The notes below the pieces were generated by a model. It saw nothing but the letters and a program-made list of their open reading frames with translations, searched no databases and was not told the origin of the DNA. The position numbers and the translations under genes were made by a program. Shown piece after piece: positions 38,861 to 51,056 of a stretch of 64,000 nt of DNA. The DNA is from Felis catus (Eukaryota), in assembly GCF_018350175.1 (NCBI RefSeq), contig NC_058368.1, positions 136,712,001-136,776,000 on the forward strand, written 5' to 3'. Position 1 is the first letter of the stretch; each line of letters begins with the position of its first letter.

Positions 38861-40439
38861 GGCATCTTGGTGCACGTCTGTGTCACTGCCTTCAGTCTTT
38901 CCAAAGATGGACAGAAAGTACATCGTTAGTTGAATTCCTGAGCAAACAGGTCTGAAAATTGACTTGGAGGGAGTAGAGGTAACCGGCGGCTGTCACATGG
39001 CATTTGTTGGGGCTGCAAGTGAGGAAGCCAAGGAGGAAGAGAGCTGCTCGTGGTTGGTAAGAAGCCCTCTGCCAGGGAACGCCTGGGAAGCAGGGTCCTT
39101 GCTGTGTGTCTGGGGAAGGACCTGCTTGAGTGGGCGAAGCTCGGACCGCCCTGGGCTATGGTTGCTTAGATGTGCGTTTGGAAGCTGTGGTTAGCAGAAT
39201 TGGGCACTGCGTAGATCCCTTTGGAAAGAAAGGGGCTCTGATTCCTTTACCATCTCTTGGGGAGGAAGCCGCTTGTGTGTACCTCGCTCAGGCCTCCCTT
39301 TGTGGGTTCCTACAGGATAGAGCCAGGACTGCAGTTCTACCGTGGCATTGTGCTCCCTGCGCACGGCTTTGTGTGTCGGAAATAGTCACGTCAAAAGTAT
39401 GATCAAGGAAATGACCATTCATTTCTCCTTGGTCTTCAGCTTTTGCTTGATTTTGTCTCAGCTCTGTGCTTTTGAACCTCCCCCACAGTCTTTGTTTCAA
39501 GGAGGCCACTGATGAAAGGACCTAGAAAGGGGGTGGTTTTCTGGGTTTTGCTGATTGTCATTCTATCATTTGCTTATTCACTTTGATGTTCTTTTGCTTC
39601 CGCGTTAAGTGCATATGGCTGTCCAAAGCAAAAACAACCAAGCCAAAAAAACAATGCCCAACAAATGATAGATTTTGGCATTCATAATAAGCATTCTTTC
39701 CCGTGGCTTAAATTTATTTTTCTCGAAGCTCAGTCCTTCGTCTGCTCGAACTGTGTGCCATTGTTCTGTTTTGGGATTTCTTCATTTTCAGGCATTTGGA
39801 GTAGGATACCACACACTTCTTTTCACCCTCTTTTTTTATGTGTCGGTACTCTGCCACCTTTGACTTTTTTTTCGCTTTTTGCCAATAATCTGTGAATGCT
39901 TTCTGGCTTCTTGCTTCTTGAAGCACATCCCTGCTATTACTCCCTTGGCTTTTCCCCTAACTCTCCCCTGGTGCTTACTGTTCTGCCGCGCCTGTTTTTC
40001 CAAATCCTGCTTCCAGTTACCAACCCCACAGAGCGGGGCAGCTGGGGGCTGTACAGCCAGGTGCACCAGGTGTAGGTCCTCACTCGAACACTCCCTAGTT
40101 GCATGACCTGGGACTAGTTAGTGCTCTTTTGCAGACTTCTTTGTCCTCAGCAGTAAAAGGGGACAATCACAGTACCTCTGTCAAAGAGCCCTCCAGGCGA
40201 TTAAATGAGTTAGTACTGGTGAGGTGCTTAGACCTTAGACTGACATCATTATTGTTTAGCTTGGGCTTCTTCTATTTCTAATGAAGGGTTTATTGAGAGA
40301 TATTAGCTCTTGGGAAAGAAGACAATGGAGGAGAATGGGTTTGATGATGTGATGGCGGTATTTCAGTATGTTTGTTTCTATAGGACTTCTGGTCCTTCAT
40401 GATATAAAGGAAGAAAATCCCTGTGGACCCTAGACTGGT

Positions 40440-41120
40440 TTCTTGAGGTACAATTCACATGTCATACTGTTCACCCATTTAAAGTGTACTGTTCAACAGT
40501 TTTGGGTGTACTATTAATTTTAAGTTTTGGTAAAATACATAATTTTGGTAAAACACAAAATTTGCCAGTTTAACCATTTTTAAATGTACAATTCAGTGAC
40601 ACTAGTTACATTTATAATGTTGTGCGACATCACCTCTATTTCCAAAGCTTTTTCATCACCCCAAAGAGAAACTCTGTGCCTATTAAGTAGTAACTCCCCA
40701 TTACTTCTCTCCCAGCTTCTGGTAACCTCTGATCTGCTCTCTGACTCTATGAATTAACCTATTCTAGATATTTCATGTAAGTGGAATCATACAGTATTTG
40801 TCCTTTTGTTCTGGCTTACTTCACTCCGCATACTTATTCCAAGGTTTTTCCATGTTGTTGCACACATTAGAACTCCATTCCTTTTTATGCCCGAGTAATA
40901 TTCCGTTGCCTAGATATACCATTTTTTGTTTATCCAGTCATCCATAGGTGGACATTTGGGTTGTCTCCACCTTTTGGTTCTTGTAATAATGCTGCAGTGA
41001 ACATTGGCATACAAGTATCTGTTCAAGTCCCTGCTTTCAATCTACCTCAGAGTGAAATTGCTAGATCGTATAGTAATTCTATTTTAGCTTTTTCAAGAAC
41101 TGCCCAGCTATTTTTCTGGA
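40440..41120 (-). mobile_element. Old L1 3' region (L1MA/MB-like)
   Basis: aagtggaatcatacagtatttgtcctttt ... ggtggacatttgggttgt ... aataatgctgcagtgaacatt. Confidence 0.85.
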
Positions 41121-41884
41121 AAGCAGTTGCTTTTTGATCATTCTCTATTCTTGTATTCCTCTCCTTTGGTGTTTATTTCCCCCAGATTTCACTCCATTCT
41201 GTCTTGTCACCCAAGTTTCCTTATACTTCCAAGCAGCAGACATATTCTTGTCTACCCTCCAACGACATGTTTCCCCTCCATATGTCTGAGGGAACACCAC
41301 TCTTTTCTCTTCCTCATCAACTGGTACAGCATATATAGCCCACTGTGGCCACACATCCACCTGGTCACTTGTTGTCTAATTGCCCAGGAAAGGGGAGAGT
41401 ATACGTAGAAGGTCATCTACAGGCCTCAGTCTACTTCGACTGGAGATGGTTTCCGACACCCAGATGCCCCTAAAACCTTTAAGGTGTGGGAAATCAGTGA
41501 TGTGGAGCCAGAAGCCCTCTAAGATTTCAGTCCTCCTTAGGCTCCTTCACCCCTGCAACACCTTGCTTTGTTTTTCTCCATCAACTTTGCTTGTCTTTAC
41601 AGGCAGTTTGACCACTCTGTCCGGCCGGAGAGTTGTTCTCCACTCTTCATTTGCTCACAGTTTCCCCACTTTTCTATGAGCAAGTGAATTAATTAACGAA
41701 TACTCCAACAGCCTGTAAGCCTGCCTCAGACAGCCATTCTGGTTGTTGGGTAATTGTTAGCTGGGGTTTCTGGATGTCATTCATCTCACAATCGGGCTCC
41801 TAATTAATCTCCGCACCATTCTCACCAGAAGAAAGGCTGATGCGGAGAAACATCCCCAATTACCATGAGAAAGGAAATGTCAAG

Positions 41885-42206
41885 AGCCCCGTTGAGTTTT
41901 CCTGGCATCCACCCCTCGTCTCAGATGAAAACCGCCGTTAACGCGCTGAGGCAGCTTGGCGGGCAACCCTGAAAACTCGAAGGTTGTGCGAGTATGAGGA
42001 GCCCCAGACACCCGGACCCAACTCTGGGAGGAACCTGCAGGGTCCGTGCCCTTGTGTAGGAACACCAATTGTGGTTCCCAAGATCGCGTGGAGAGTCTCG
42101 GGGCTGCGTGCCCAGCAGAGTCTCTGCTGTCCCTGCAGCCAGCAGGGCAGTTTTAATCTGGAAAAGCTAAAGGTCTCCCCTTTTGTCTGTGTTTTTGTGT
42201 CTCTAG
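41885..42206 (+). promoter_or_regulatory. CpG-enriched segment abutting exon 3 (candidate 'exon 3U' / internal start region)
   Basis: Many CpGs (accgccgttaacgcg, atcgcgtg, etc.) against a CpG-poor background. Rodent MAP1B is known to have alternative 5' exons 3A/3U. Confidence 0.45.
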
Positions 42207-42289
42207 GACAAAAGATCCTTCATCACCGAAGTGACGTTTTAGAAACAGTGGTCCTGATCAACCCTTCAGATGAAGCAGTCAGCACTGAG
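42207..42289 (+). CDS. MAP1B: MAP1B internal coding exon (exon 3), 83 nt, (G)QKILHHRSDVLETVVLINPSDEAVSTE
   Basis: Polypyrimidine tract and tctctag| acceptor at 42206; GAG|gtaagc donor at 42290; peptide matches the MAP1B N-terminal region; ends in phase 0. Confidence 0.96.
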
Positions 42290-42719
42290 GTAAGCATCTG
42301 GCTCTGCGGGGTCTGGGGTAGGGCCTCACGCGGTGGACAGAGACCACCATATTGGAAGGGCAGGGGCGGGTGGGGCAGGAGAAGGACTCAGGAGAGAAGT
42401 TCTTTACCCCCAGTCAGCGGCTGGTTCTGTACCTGATTACCATGCCAGACTGTCCTTCCCAATGAGGACAAGGTGGAAGATGCTAGCCAGAACTAGAATA
42501 CTTTGTATAGTCAGGGGGTTATGAAATCTTGGGTATTTATGGAGGGTGTGCTGCCGGGATAGTGTCTGGCTGGGATGTAGCAGGGGGAAATAGACTGCAA
42601 GCCCTCAAACCAGGACATTCAGCACACAAATTTGGAGAAAAATGGTATCTTGAGGCAAACCCCCTTCAAGCCATTCTGCTCCCCCTCTAATCACCACTGA
42701 AAGGAGGATACATGGCTAT

Positions 42720-42935
42720 CAAGAGTATAGGCTTTGGTGCCAGACTCCCTGGGTTTTGCCACTTTTTAGCTGGTGGCCTTGGGGAAGATTATTTATTGTC
42801 TTTTTGTCTCAGTTTCCATCTTTGTGAAATGGAGGTCACAACACAACAGCACTTACCGTGTTGTGATTAGAAGTATCAAACGCTTAAAACAGAGTGTGTA
42901 ACCACTGAAATATAAATGTTGGTTGTTCTTATTAA
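42720..42935 (+). mobile_element. MIR fragment
   Basis: ggctttggtgccagactccctgggtt ... gtctcagtttccatctttgtgaaatgga. Confidence 0.65.
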
Positions 42936-43194
42936 TATTATTATTACTATCATTCGAAATCGTTGCCAAAAAGAATAGCTGGGTATTTCAGAGACTACTG
43001 GAAGATTAGAACTTGGCTGAAGCCAAGAATCCCTGGCCCCCTCCAGGTCAGAGGAATTGATATATCTCCATTTCCCACTTCTTTTATTACAGTTTAGTAC
43101 TGTTGAGATTGGGTTGCTTCTTGGACGTTAAAGTTGCCATAGTCCCTGGGGGACCTTCATTATCCACAGCATCTCTTCTGCTCATGCTTTGAGC

Positions 43195-43635
43195 CTATTT
43201 TTTAAATTTGAGAAATAATCCACATACCATAAAATCCATCTTTTAAAGTGTGCAATCCATTGGTTTTTAGTATATTCACAAAGTTGTGTGCTCATCATCA
43301 CTGTCTATTCCAAAACATGTCTGTCGCCCCTCAACAGTCTGAAACCCATTAGCCAACAATCCCTATTCCTCCCACTTGCCAGCAAGCACTAATCTACTTT
43401 TTGCCTCGGTGGATTTGCCTATTCTGAGTATTTTGGATAATGGAATCATACCATATTCTGTATGGCTTATTTCACTCAGCATAATGTCTTCAAGAGTCAT
43501 CATATTGTAGCATGTATCAGTTTTTCATTTCTTTTTTATGGCTAAATACTATCCCACTGCATGGATGTACCACATTTTGTTTATCCATTCATCAGTTGAT
43601 GGACATTGGGTTGCTTCTACTTTTTGGCTATCATC
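43195..43635 (-). mobile_element. Old L1 3' region (L1MB-like)
   Basis: ttgagaaataatccacataccataaaat ... tatccattcatcagttgatggacatt. Confidence 0.85.
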
Positions 43636-43649
43636 ATGTAGACTGTTTT

Positions 43650-43862
43650 TTTTCTTTTTAAAGATTATTTATTTGAGAGAGAGAGAGAGAGAGAGAGAAT
43701 AAGCAGGGAGGAGCAGAGAGAGAGGGAGAGAGAGAATCCCAAGCAGGCTCTACACTGTCAGCACAGAGCCCGATGTGGGGCTCGAACTCACAAACTGAGA
43801 TCATCACCTGAGTCGAGATCTAGAGTTGGATGCTTAACCAACTGAGCCACCCCGGTGCTCCT
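43650..43862 (-). mobile_element. Can-SINE in intron 3
   Basis: Consensus match; TSD atgtagactgtttt at 43636-43649 and 43863-43876. Confidence 0.93.
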
Positions 43863-44870
43863 ATGTAGACTGTTTTCATTCCACTTCCACTGGCTCCAGA
43901 TCAGCAGGACCTGTTTGACGGTCCATGAAGGCACAAGGTTGAGGCACATAGCGGGGTAGTAGTCTCTCTGTGACTAACAGAATCAGGAAGTAAAGACAAC
44001 TTGAAATGGAAAAAGGAAACATGAGGAATTTCTTTGAGGAATTCAGTCTTGCTTGAATAGTAACTTGCTGGAACAGTTACTTCAGCCCATGTGTGTTTCC
44101 TTGATCAGAGCTTAGGGTTCTTGGGGGCCATGGGTCATATCCTGTTTACTTTTATATCCCTCCCTTGGTGTCTAGCATGCTGCCTGGCAATTTGTGCTGA
44201 ACTGAGCTGTGATCAGAACGAATACCTTGGTGCTTGGAGCAGCGTTTCTGCTGAAGGACAGGCTGGCTTCCTGCCACTTAAAGAACAGAGAGTTCTTTCG
44301 TGCAAACCACTTATGATTCTCTTTAAAAGATTCCCCTTTGCTGCAGCCTTTTGTTTATGTTCAATGTCAGGCACCTTGCTGATCCCACTGGAGCTGGCGT
44401 TTGGAGATGAGCTTTTGGTGTATGGCTTGGAAGGAAAGGGGTCCTGTAAGGGAGGGCCTGACTTGGGACCCTCATTGAGAACCTGTGCTTCCTGAAGCAG
44501 CAGTCAGGGGATCTGGACTATACTTGGTGACTCAACCTGTGAGATATCCCTGAGTCTCATAGGCTGTGTGCTGCTAGCAGACACAGCTGTGGAGCAAATG
44601 ATTGCCAACTGTATAGACTGCTTTGAGAAAGGCAAGGAAACTAGGGGGAGAAAGTCAACTACCACGGCTGGCTTGGCCATCGCAAACATGGAAAATGGCA
44701 TTCCTGGGCGAGCTGATGACCATAGTCGTTGGCTCTGTCCAGTTCCCTCGGGAAAATGAATGAGTTTCATTGGTAATAGATTTCAAGCCCTACCTGGGCC
44801 AGCCCTGTCCTGAAAGTGGGATGGTGCCGTTGGAGATGGCTCACGTCCTGCTCCCTGTGCTTTGTTTCAG

Positions 44871-45011
44871 GTGCGCTTAATGATCACTGATGCTGCTCGA
44901 CACAAGCTGCTCGTGCTGACAGGACAGTGCTTTGAAAATACCGGAGAGCTCATTCTCCAGTCCGGCTCTTTCTCCTTCCAGAATTTCATAGAGATTTTCA
45001 CCGATCAAGAG
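44871..45011 (+). CDS. MAP1B: MAP1B internal coding exon (exon 4), 141 nt, VRLMITDAARHKLLVLTGQCFENTGELILQSGSFSFQNFIEIFTDQE
   Basis: tttgtttcag| acceptor at 44870; GAG|gtgggc donor at 45012; 47 codons, phase 0-0, in frame with the flanking exons. Confidence 0.96.
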
Positions 45012-47059
45012 GTGGGCTCCTGTCTAGAAATATCTAAGCTTTACAGTTGTTTGGTTACAGTTGTAGCCTTAGGCTCCACTTTGAAAGCACTGGGTGGAGT
45101 TGGGAGAAGGGGAGGGAATGTCTCACCTTTCAAATAAGTAAAACTGCATGATATGACATATGACAGTTCTGTGACTCATCACCAAAAGAATTTAGAGCAC
45201 CCATCTATAATGGATTGGTACCATTCTTAATGTGCTGGAGATACCAGTGGAGGGGGCTTAGATGGCAAAAATGATGGAGAAAATTGGAATGACAGAGCCA
45301 AAAAGAAAACCCAGGTTTCGTCTTCTCTGAGAGACTACTCCAAAGATCTCTTGGACTTTTGGTAGGATTTAACTGCCCTGATCTCTTTTCAAATTTGTAT
45401 TTACTTTTCCTGGCCTAATTATTTCTGATTGGTCTTACTCTTCATGCCTGGTCCCAATGTTTGAACAGCCCAACAAAGGCAGGGCTCAAGAAAGGAAGGC
45501 AAGTAGGAAAATGGGGCATATCCATGCCCCAAGAAAAAGATGGTTAAGGTCGCTGGACTAAACCTGGGCATTAATATTTCAAATAAATAAATCTTATTCG
45601 GTGATGATACAGGGGAGGTGTTAAATACTATAGGACATTAGTGGTATCTGGTAAAATCAGATTGAAGAGTTTAATTTGGTTATTTCTGCTGGAGAATTTA
45701 TTTTGGCTGGGAAAATTCTCTTTCCAAAAAAACTGCCTCTTTCACTTTGTTTCTTTGTTTATAGTAGTTAGACACTTCAGGGCCACCAGCTTAGCAGGTT
45801 GGGACCTGGCCATAGTGGATGACAGGTTTCTACGTGGAGGGGTTGAGGGATGTGTGCATGGAAGGAGTCTCTGTGTCCATTTGAAACCATCTTCCTGAGA
45901 ACTTCCTGAGATGCTGGCCCCTCTATCTCCCGCGTGTTGCAAAGGGCCATCTGTCTTTCTGCATTTAAGCTTCTTTAACCCTGGGGTTCACAGAGAGGTC
46001 CCTGTGTACCTGTCATCGCCGGCAAGAGCGGTAAATAAACCTCCCGGCTTTGTTTGGCTTGCCCGGAGGCTTTGTGAAAGCTCTGGCCAGGTGACATAAC
46101 AGTGTTTCACTCTCCCCCCACTGGGGGAATAAAAAACTGTGAAAAGGAACATTTCACTTAACATTTAAAGCCCTGGCTTTCAGAAGGTGTGATGTCAGCT
46201 GGGTTCTGAGGCAGACAGCCCTGGCTCCCCACAGCAAGAAGGGGCCCCAGGGTATACTCATGGCCCCTTTACCTTACCATCTTTACCACTTGAAAATGAA
46301 GGCTTTTGCCCCATCTTTCTCCAGAGCTTGTTATCTGTCCACCTCCAAGGCTACTAGAGTTTAGCCTGCATGATTGGAAATCGCTGGACTAGACCAATGG
46401 TCACCATGATTGCCTACTATGGCCTTGGAAAAAGGGTTTGAGTTCAGAATGAGTCAGTAACAAAGCGACCGTGAAGGTCACTGGTGTTTAGTTTTGTTAC
46501 ATTTATCCAGTCCTTGATAGATACTAGTCACTCCACAGAAACCAGAAACACCATTTAGGAAAAACAAAAAAAAAACTGAAGTTTTTTAAGAATAAGAATA
46601 GCTAAAAATAAATGGACTGAAAAATATAATTATCAGTACATTTTGAGCTTCAGGTTTTGGGAGTCTTAGTCATTGGAAGTCAACTACAAAACCAGAACTT
46701 ACAGATAGAACAGTCATCTGGCTGACCCATTCCTCCCTGAAATCCGAGGATGTGAAATCACATCTCCTGGGACATTTTTCAGTCTGTCTCTTAGTGAGTT
46801 TTTCCTTATTTGTCTCACTGTATCTTCAAGGAAGGAATGTGCTCCCTTTTCCACCTGGTGATGTCTCTGACACCCTTCACCAACACTGCCAGTTTTTTTT
46901 TTTTCTTTCAGAATAATTATTTTCAGATCTGCACACTGTTCTTCATAAAAGAAGATAGTAAAAGTTTCTTACATTCTCTGGTCACTCTCAACCAAACCTG
47001 GTGGCAGGATGAGATGGATATGGGAGAAATTCAGGAGTTGTCTTGGTCATGTTTCAGTG

Positions 47060-47250
47060 CCTTGGCATTATGAGACAATTGGATACATGAGTTGAGGGCT
47101 CAAGGAACTCAGAGCTGAGCTGGAGATATGTGTAAGCCATCAGCATATTATAAACCAGATGAAGTGATCTAGAGACAGAAGCATATTAGAAGAGAAAGGG
47201 GCTCTAGTCTAGCATTTAGAGGTCATGGCCAAGGAGAAGGAGCCAGCCAT
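47060..47250 (-). mobile_element. L2 fragment
   Basis: gagacaattggatacatgagt ... gctggagatat ... catttagaggtc ... gagaaggagccagc. Confidence 0.55.
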
Positions 47251-47444
47251 TTCAGTTGGCTTGTTCATTTGGTTTTAGTCTAATTTCTGTAAAATGCCAT
47301 GACTCATACTGGACACCGTACTACAAGGGTCACTAACCGGGTTAGGATTGTGTGTCAGTGATTTCTGTAGTTTTCAATGTAATCATCTTTTAAGTCTGAA
47401 AGTAACTTTTGACTGTCAACATCCTAATCAAATGTCAGTGGGGA

Positions 47445-47612
47445 GGGAATGCAGGCTTTGAGGAGTGCTGTCATTTACATAAATTGGGGGCTCCCCTTAA
47501 GAAAAAGAAAACAAAATTATCAATACACAGTTAAGTACGGAGCTTTGGGAGGGGACCATGCCAGTAAGAAGCCTTGAAGTTTAAGCTTCTTTAGCTTTAT
47601 GATCAATCCATT
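47445..47612. mobile_element. MER45-like hAT remnant
   Basis: ttaagaaaaagaaaacaaaatta ... gccttgaagtttaagcttctttagctttatg. Confidence 0.5.
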
Positions 47613-47614
47613 TT

Positions 47615-48115
47615 ACTGTCAGCTAAAATCCCTGAGTCTTTTTCATGAGTGTTGTTGTTAAGTCGCATTTTCCAATCCTGTACTTCATGCAGCTGGTTTA
47701 TTGGACCCTGCATTTATCCCTTTAGAATGCCATCCTGTTAGAATTGAGTTAGCCATCATCATCCCAATGTCAAAGGCTTTTGTAAATGTTTTAGTTCTGC
47801 CATCCCACATTTTACTATGCCTCCCATTTGCAGGCCACCTACAGATTTGATAAACATGTCTTCACCATTTTTATCCATGTCTGTGCTCACCAGGACATAG
47901 ATGAGCCCTAGGGTAGCCCATCATAGACCTGTATCCAGGTTGACACTAAGCAGCAGGATTTATGACTGACTTCAAATCCATCTAATTCTGCTATCACACT
48001 GTTCAGAGATCTTATTAAACGTCTTGCTAAAACCCAGAGATACATTGTCCACTGTATTTCCTCATTAGCCAAGCAAGTAACTTAATCACAAAAGGAAATG
48101 TAGTTAGAGTAGGCC
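47615..48115. mobile_element. Ancient CR1/L3-like fragment
   Basis: gcatttatccct ... cagatttgataaacatg ... aaacgtcttgctaaaacccagagatac ... aaaaggaaatg; recognised by eye only. Confidence 0.45.
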
Positions 48116-49567
48116 TCGTGGTTTAGAAATTCAAGTCTTACTTCATTATCTGCAATAAAGCCACTTATTTCCTATATCTTCCTTCCTCTTCCAGTATGCC
48201 TGCATTTAATTAGAAAAATTAGTTAACAAAAAAGACTGTCTTTGCCCCAGTATTTCTTCCAGTCATGTCTCTCATCTCTATTTGTGGGAACAAGGGAAGG
48301 GTAGTGTGCTTGAGAAGCATTAGCAGGCTCACGTCACTTCCAAAGCAGCCACTCCCGGAGGATAGTACATATTGAATTGGCCAAGTTCAGTGCAGTTTAA
48401 CAAACATCTATGGAGCTGATGGTGTATGAGGGAAACACAGATCCTGATACAGAGTTACGAGGATGTGTTTCCTTCTGTTCGGGAGCTTTTACTATAATGG
48501 GCTACACTACCTACTATGATGATAATTTCCAAACTCTTTTAGAGGAAGACTGTTTCAGAGTCCCAAGATTTACTCACAAGTTTCCTTGCCGCTGCTAACA
48601 CTGTTGGCTCCTTGCGGTTCTCCTCTATGAGTTGCATAAGCATTGAGTGAGTAGACACTCTTAAGACTTAGTCTTTGTCCTGAGGCTCTCACTCCAGCAT
48701 GCCTGTTGGTATGCAGGTCTGGAAGCTGGCTTGGGAATGGGGGGAGGCAGGGGCTATTTCTGCTGTGTAGCTCCAGGACTGTGGCAGTTTTTCCTCCTAA
48801 TCCATCTGTCTCCTTCACGACGGCCTCTCTGTAGCCCTGGCCTCTGCATCCCTAGCTCTTCATGCCTGGTATGCTGCTGCTTCTCCAGAGGGACCAGATT
48901 TTCCCTTTCTGAAACGAAACCTGTCCAGTGCTGACTTTCTTTCCTGCTTTCCCTTGTATTCCATACTTTTCACCAGGCTCTCTACGGTTTTTCAATACCC
49001 TTGACTTCCTCAAAATTCTGTGCAAACTTGCTTTCTTTTGGGGTCACATCTTCTTTGTTTCATAGGAACTTCCCAGCCGGAAGTGAAAAGATGGAAAGTA
49101 GGGAGGTATTCCTCAAGTCTTTTTACCTTCTCCTTGAACTTTGTGATTAAAAACCCTCTACACACAGCTAGCTCGTACCCTTAGCTACCATACCCCAGAG
49201 GGAAATTTCACAAACTGAAATGAACTAAACTTAATTTTAAAATCTCACTATTAAAGACTCAGCAGTTTGAGTTTTCCTAGATTTCTCACGTAAAATGTAT
49301 TATAAAGCATGAAGAGTTTGTATGTACTTTACGTGAAAATGAGGATTGAGAGAACCCTATTTTGGCTATAGTAATGGTGATGAGGGTCTAAGCTAATTAT
49401 TGGATGACAAACCCTATTTGGTGCTCATGTTTGCTTTGGTCAGCAGATAATTTGAGTGAAAGCTCCCCCAGATGTGCTTTTTTTTTTCTTTTTTTTCAGT
49501 TTTCTTGCGTTCCAAAATAGTTGATATTTGAAATTGTTAAGTCAGAGGTAAACAGCAAAGTCAAAGG

Positions 49568-49636
49568 CTTCTTCTTCTTCTTCTTCTTCTTCTTCTTCTT
49601 CTTCTTCTTCTTCTTCTTCTTCTTCTTCTTCTTCTT
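49568..49636. repeat. (CTT)n / (GAA)n triplet repeat at the L1 tail
   Basis: About 23 perfect units running into poly-T. Confidence 0.97.
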
Positions 49637-49835
49637 TTTTTTTAATAATTTATTGTCAAGTTAGCTAACATACGGTGTAGTCTTGGCTTCAAGAGTAAAT
49701 TCCCATGTACTTACATACAACACCCAGTTTTCATACCAACAAGTGCCCTCCTCAATGACCATCACCCATTTTCCCTGCACCTCTACCCCCACCCCCATCA
49801 ACCCTCAGTTTATTTTCTGTATTTAAGACTCTCTT

Positions 49836-50059
49836 TTTTTTTTTTTAAAGGATATTTATTTATTTTTGAGAGAGAATGAGAGAGAGAGAGAGAGAAGGGG
49901 AGGGGCAGAGAGAGGGGGAGAGATTGGATCCAAAGTAGGCAGCCTCTTTGCTCACTGCACAGAGCCTGACATGGGGCTTGAACCCACAAACCGTGAGATC
50001 ATGACCGGAATCGAAATCAAGAGTTAGACGCCTAACCGACTGAGCCACCCAGGTGCCCC
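49836..50059 (-). mobile_element. Can-SINE nested in the L1 3'UTR
   Basis: Consensus match; TSD tatttaaga(c/g)tctctt. Confidence 0.92.
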
Positions 50060-50279
50060 TTTATTTAAGAGTCTCTTATGGTTTGCCTCCCTCTCTGTAA
50101 CTTATTTTTCCTTCCCTATGGTCTTCTGTTAAGTTTCTCAAATTCCATGCATGAGTGAAAACACGGTATCTATCTTTCTCTGATTGACTTATTTCACTTA
50201 GCATAATACACTGTAGTTCCATCCATGTTGTTGCAAATGGCAAGATTTCATTCTTTTTGATTACTGAGTAATATTTCAT

Positions 50280-50339
<60 letters not shown>
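50280..50339. repeat. Compound (TG)n(TA)n microsatellite inside the L1
   Basis: Direct reading. Confidence 0.95.
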
Positions 50340-50343
<4 letters not shown>

Positions 50344-50849
50344 CCACATCTTCTTTATCCATTCATCAGCTGATAGACATTTGGGCTCTTCCCATAATTT
50401 GGCTATTGTTGACAGTGCTACTATAAACAGTGGAGTACATATACCCCTATAGATCAGCACTTTTGTATCCTTTGGATAAATACCTAGTAGTGCAATTGCT
50501 GGGTCATAGAATAGTTCTACTTTTAATTTTTTGAGGAACCTCCATGCTGTTTTCCAGAGTGGCTGTACCAGCTTGCATTCCCACCAACAATGCAAAAGAG
50601 ATCCTCTTTCTCCGCATCCTCGCCAACATCTGTTGTTGCCTGAGTTGTTAATGTTAGCCATTCTGACAGGTGTGTGGTGGTATCTCATTGTGGTTTTGAT
50701 TTGTATTTCCCTGATGATGAAAGATGTTGAGCATCTTTTCATGTGTCTGTGAGCGATCTGGATGACTTCTTTGGAAAAGTGTCTATTCATGTCTTTTGCC
50801 CATCTCTTCACTGGATTATTTGTTTTAGGGGTGTTGAGTTTGATAAGGT

Positions 50850-51056
50850 TTTTTTTTTTAATTTTTAATGTTTATTTTTGAGAGAGAGACAGAATGCAAG
50901 TGGGGGAGGGGCAGAGAGAGGGAGACACAGAATCCAAACAGCCCTAGGCTCTGAGCTGTCAGCACAGAGCCTGACACGTTGCTTGAACCCACAAACTGTG
51001 AGATCACGACTGGAGCTGAAGTCTGACTCTCAACCGACTGTGCCACCCCAGTGCCC
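50850..51056 (-). mobile_element. Can-SINE nested in L1 ORF2
   Basis: Consensus match interrupting the ORF2 3' segment; tgataa on both flanks. Confidence 0.9.

Noticed and set aside
42121..42206. Upstream alternative acceptors for exon 3
   Set aside because: The AGs examined give extensions of 68, 64, 61, 56, 40 or 34 nt; none preserves the reading frame.
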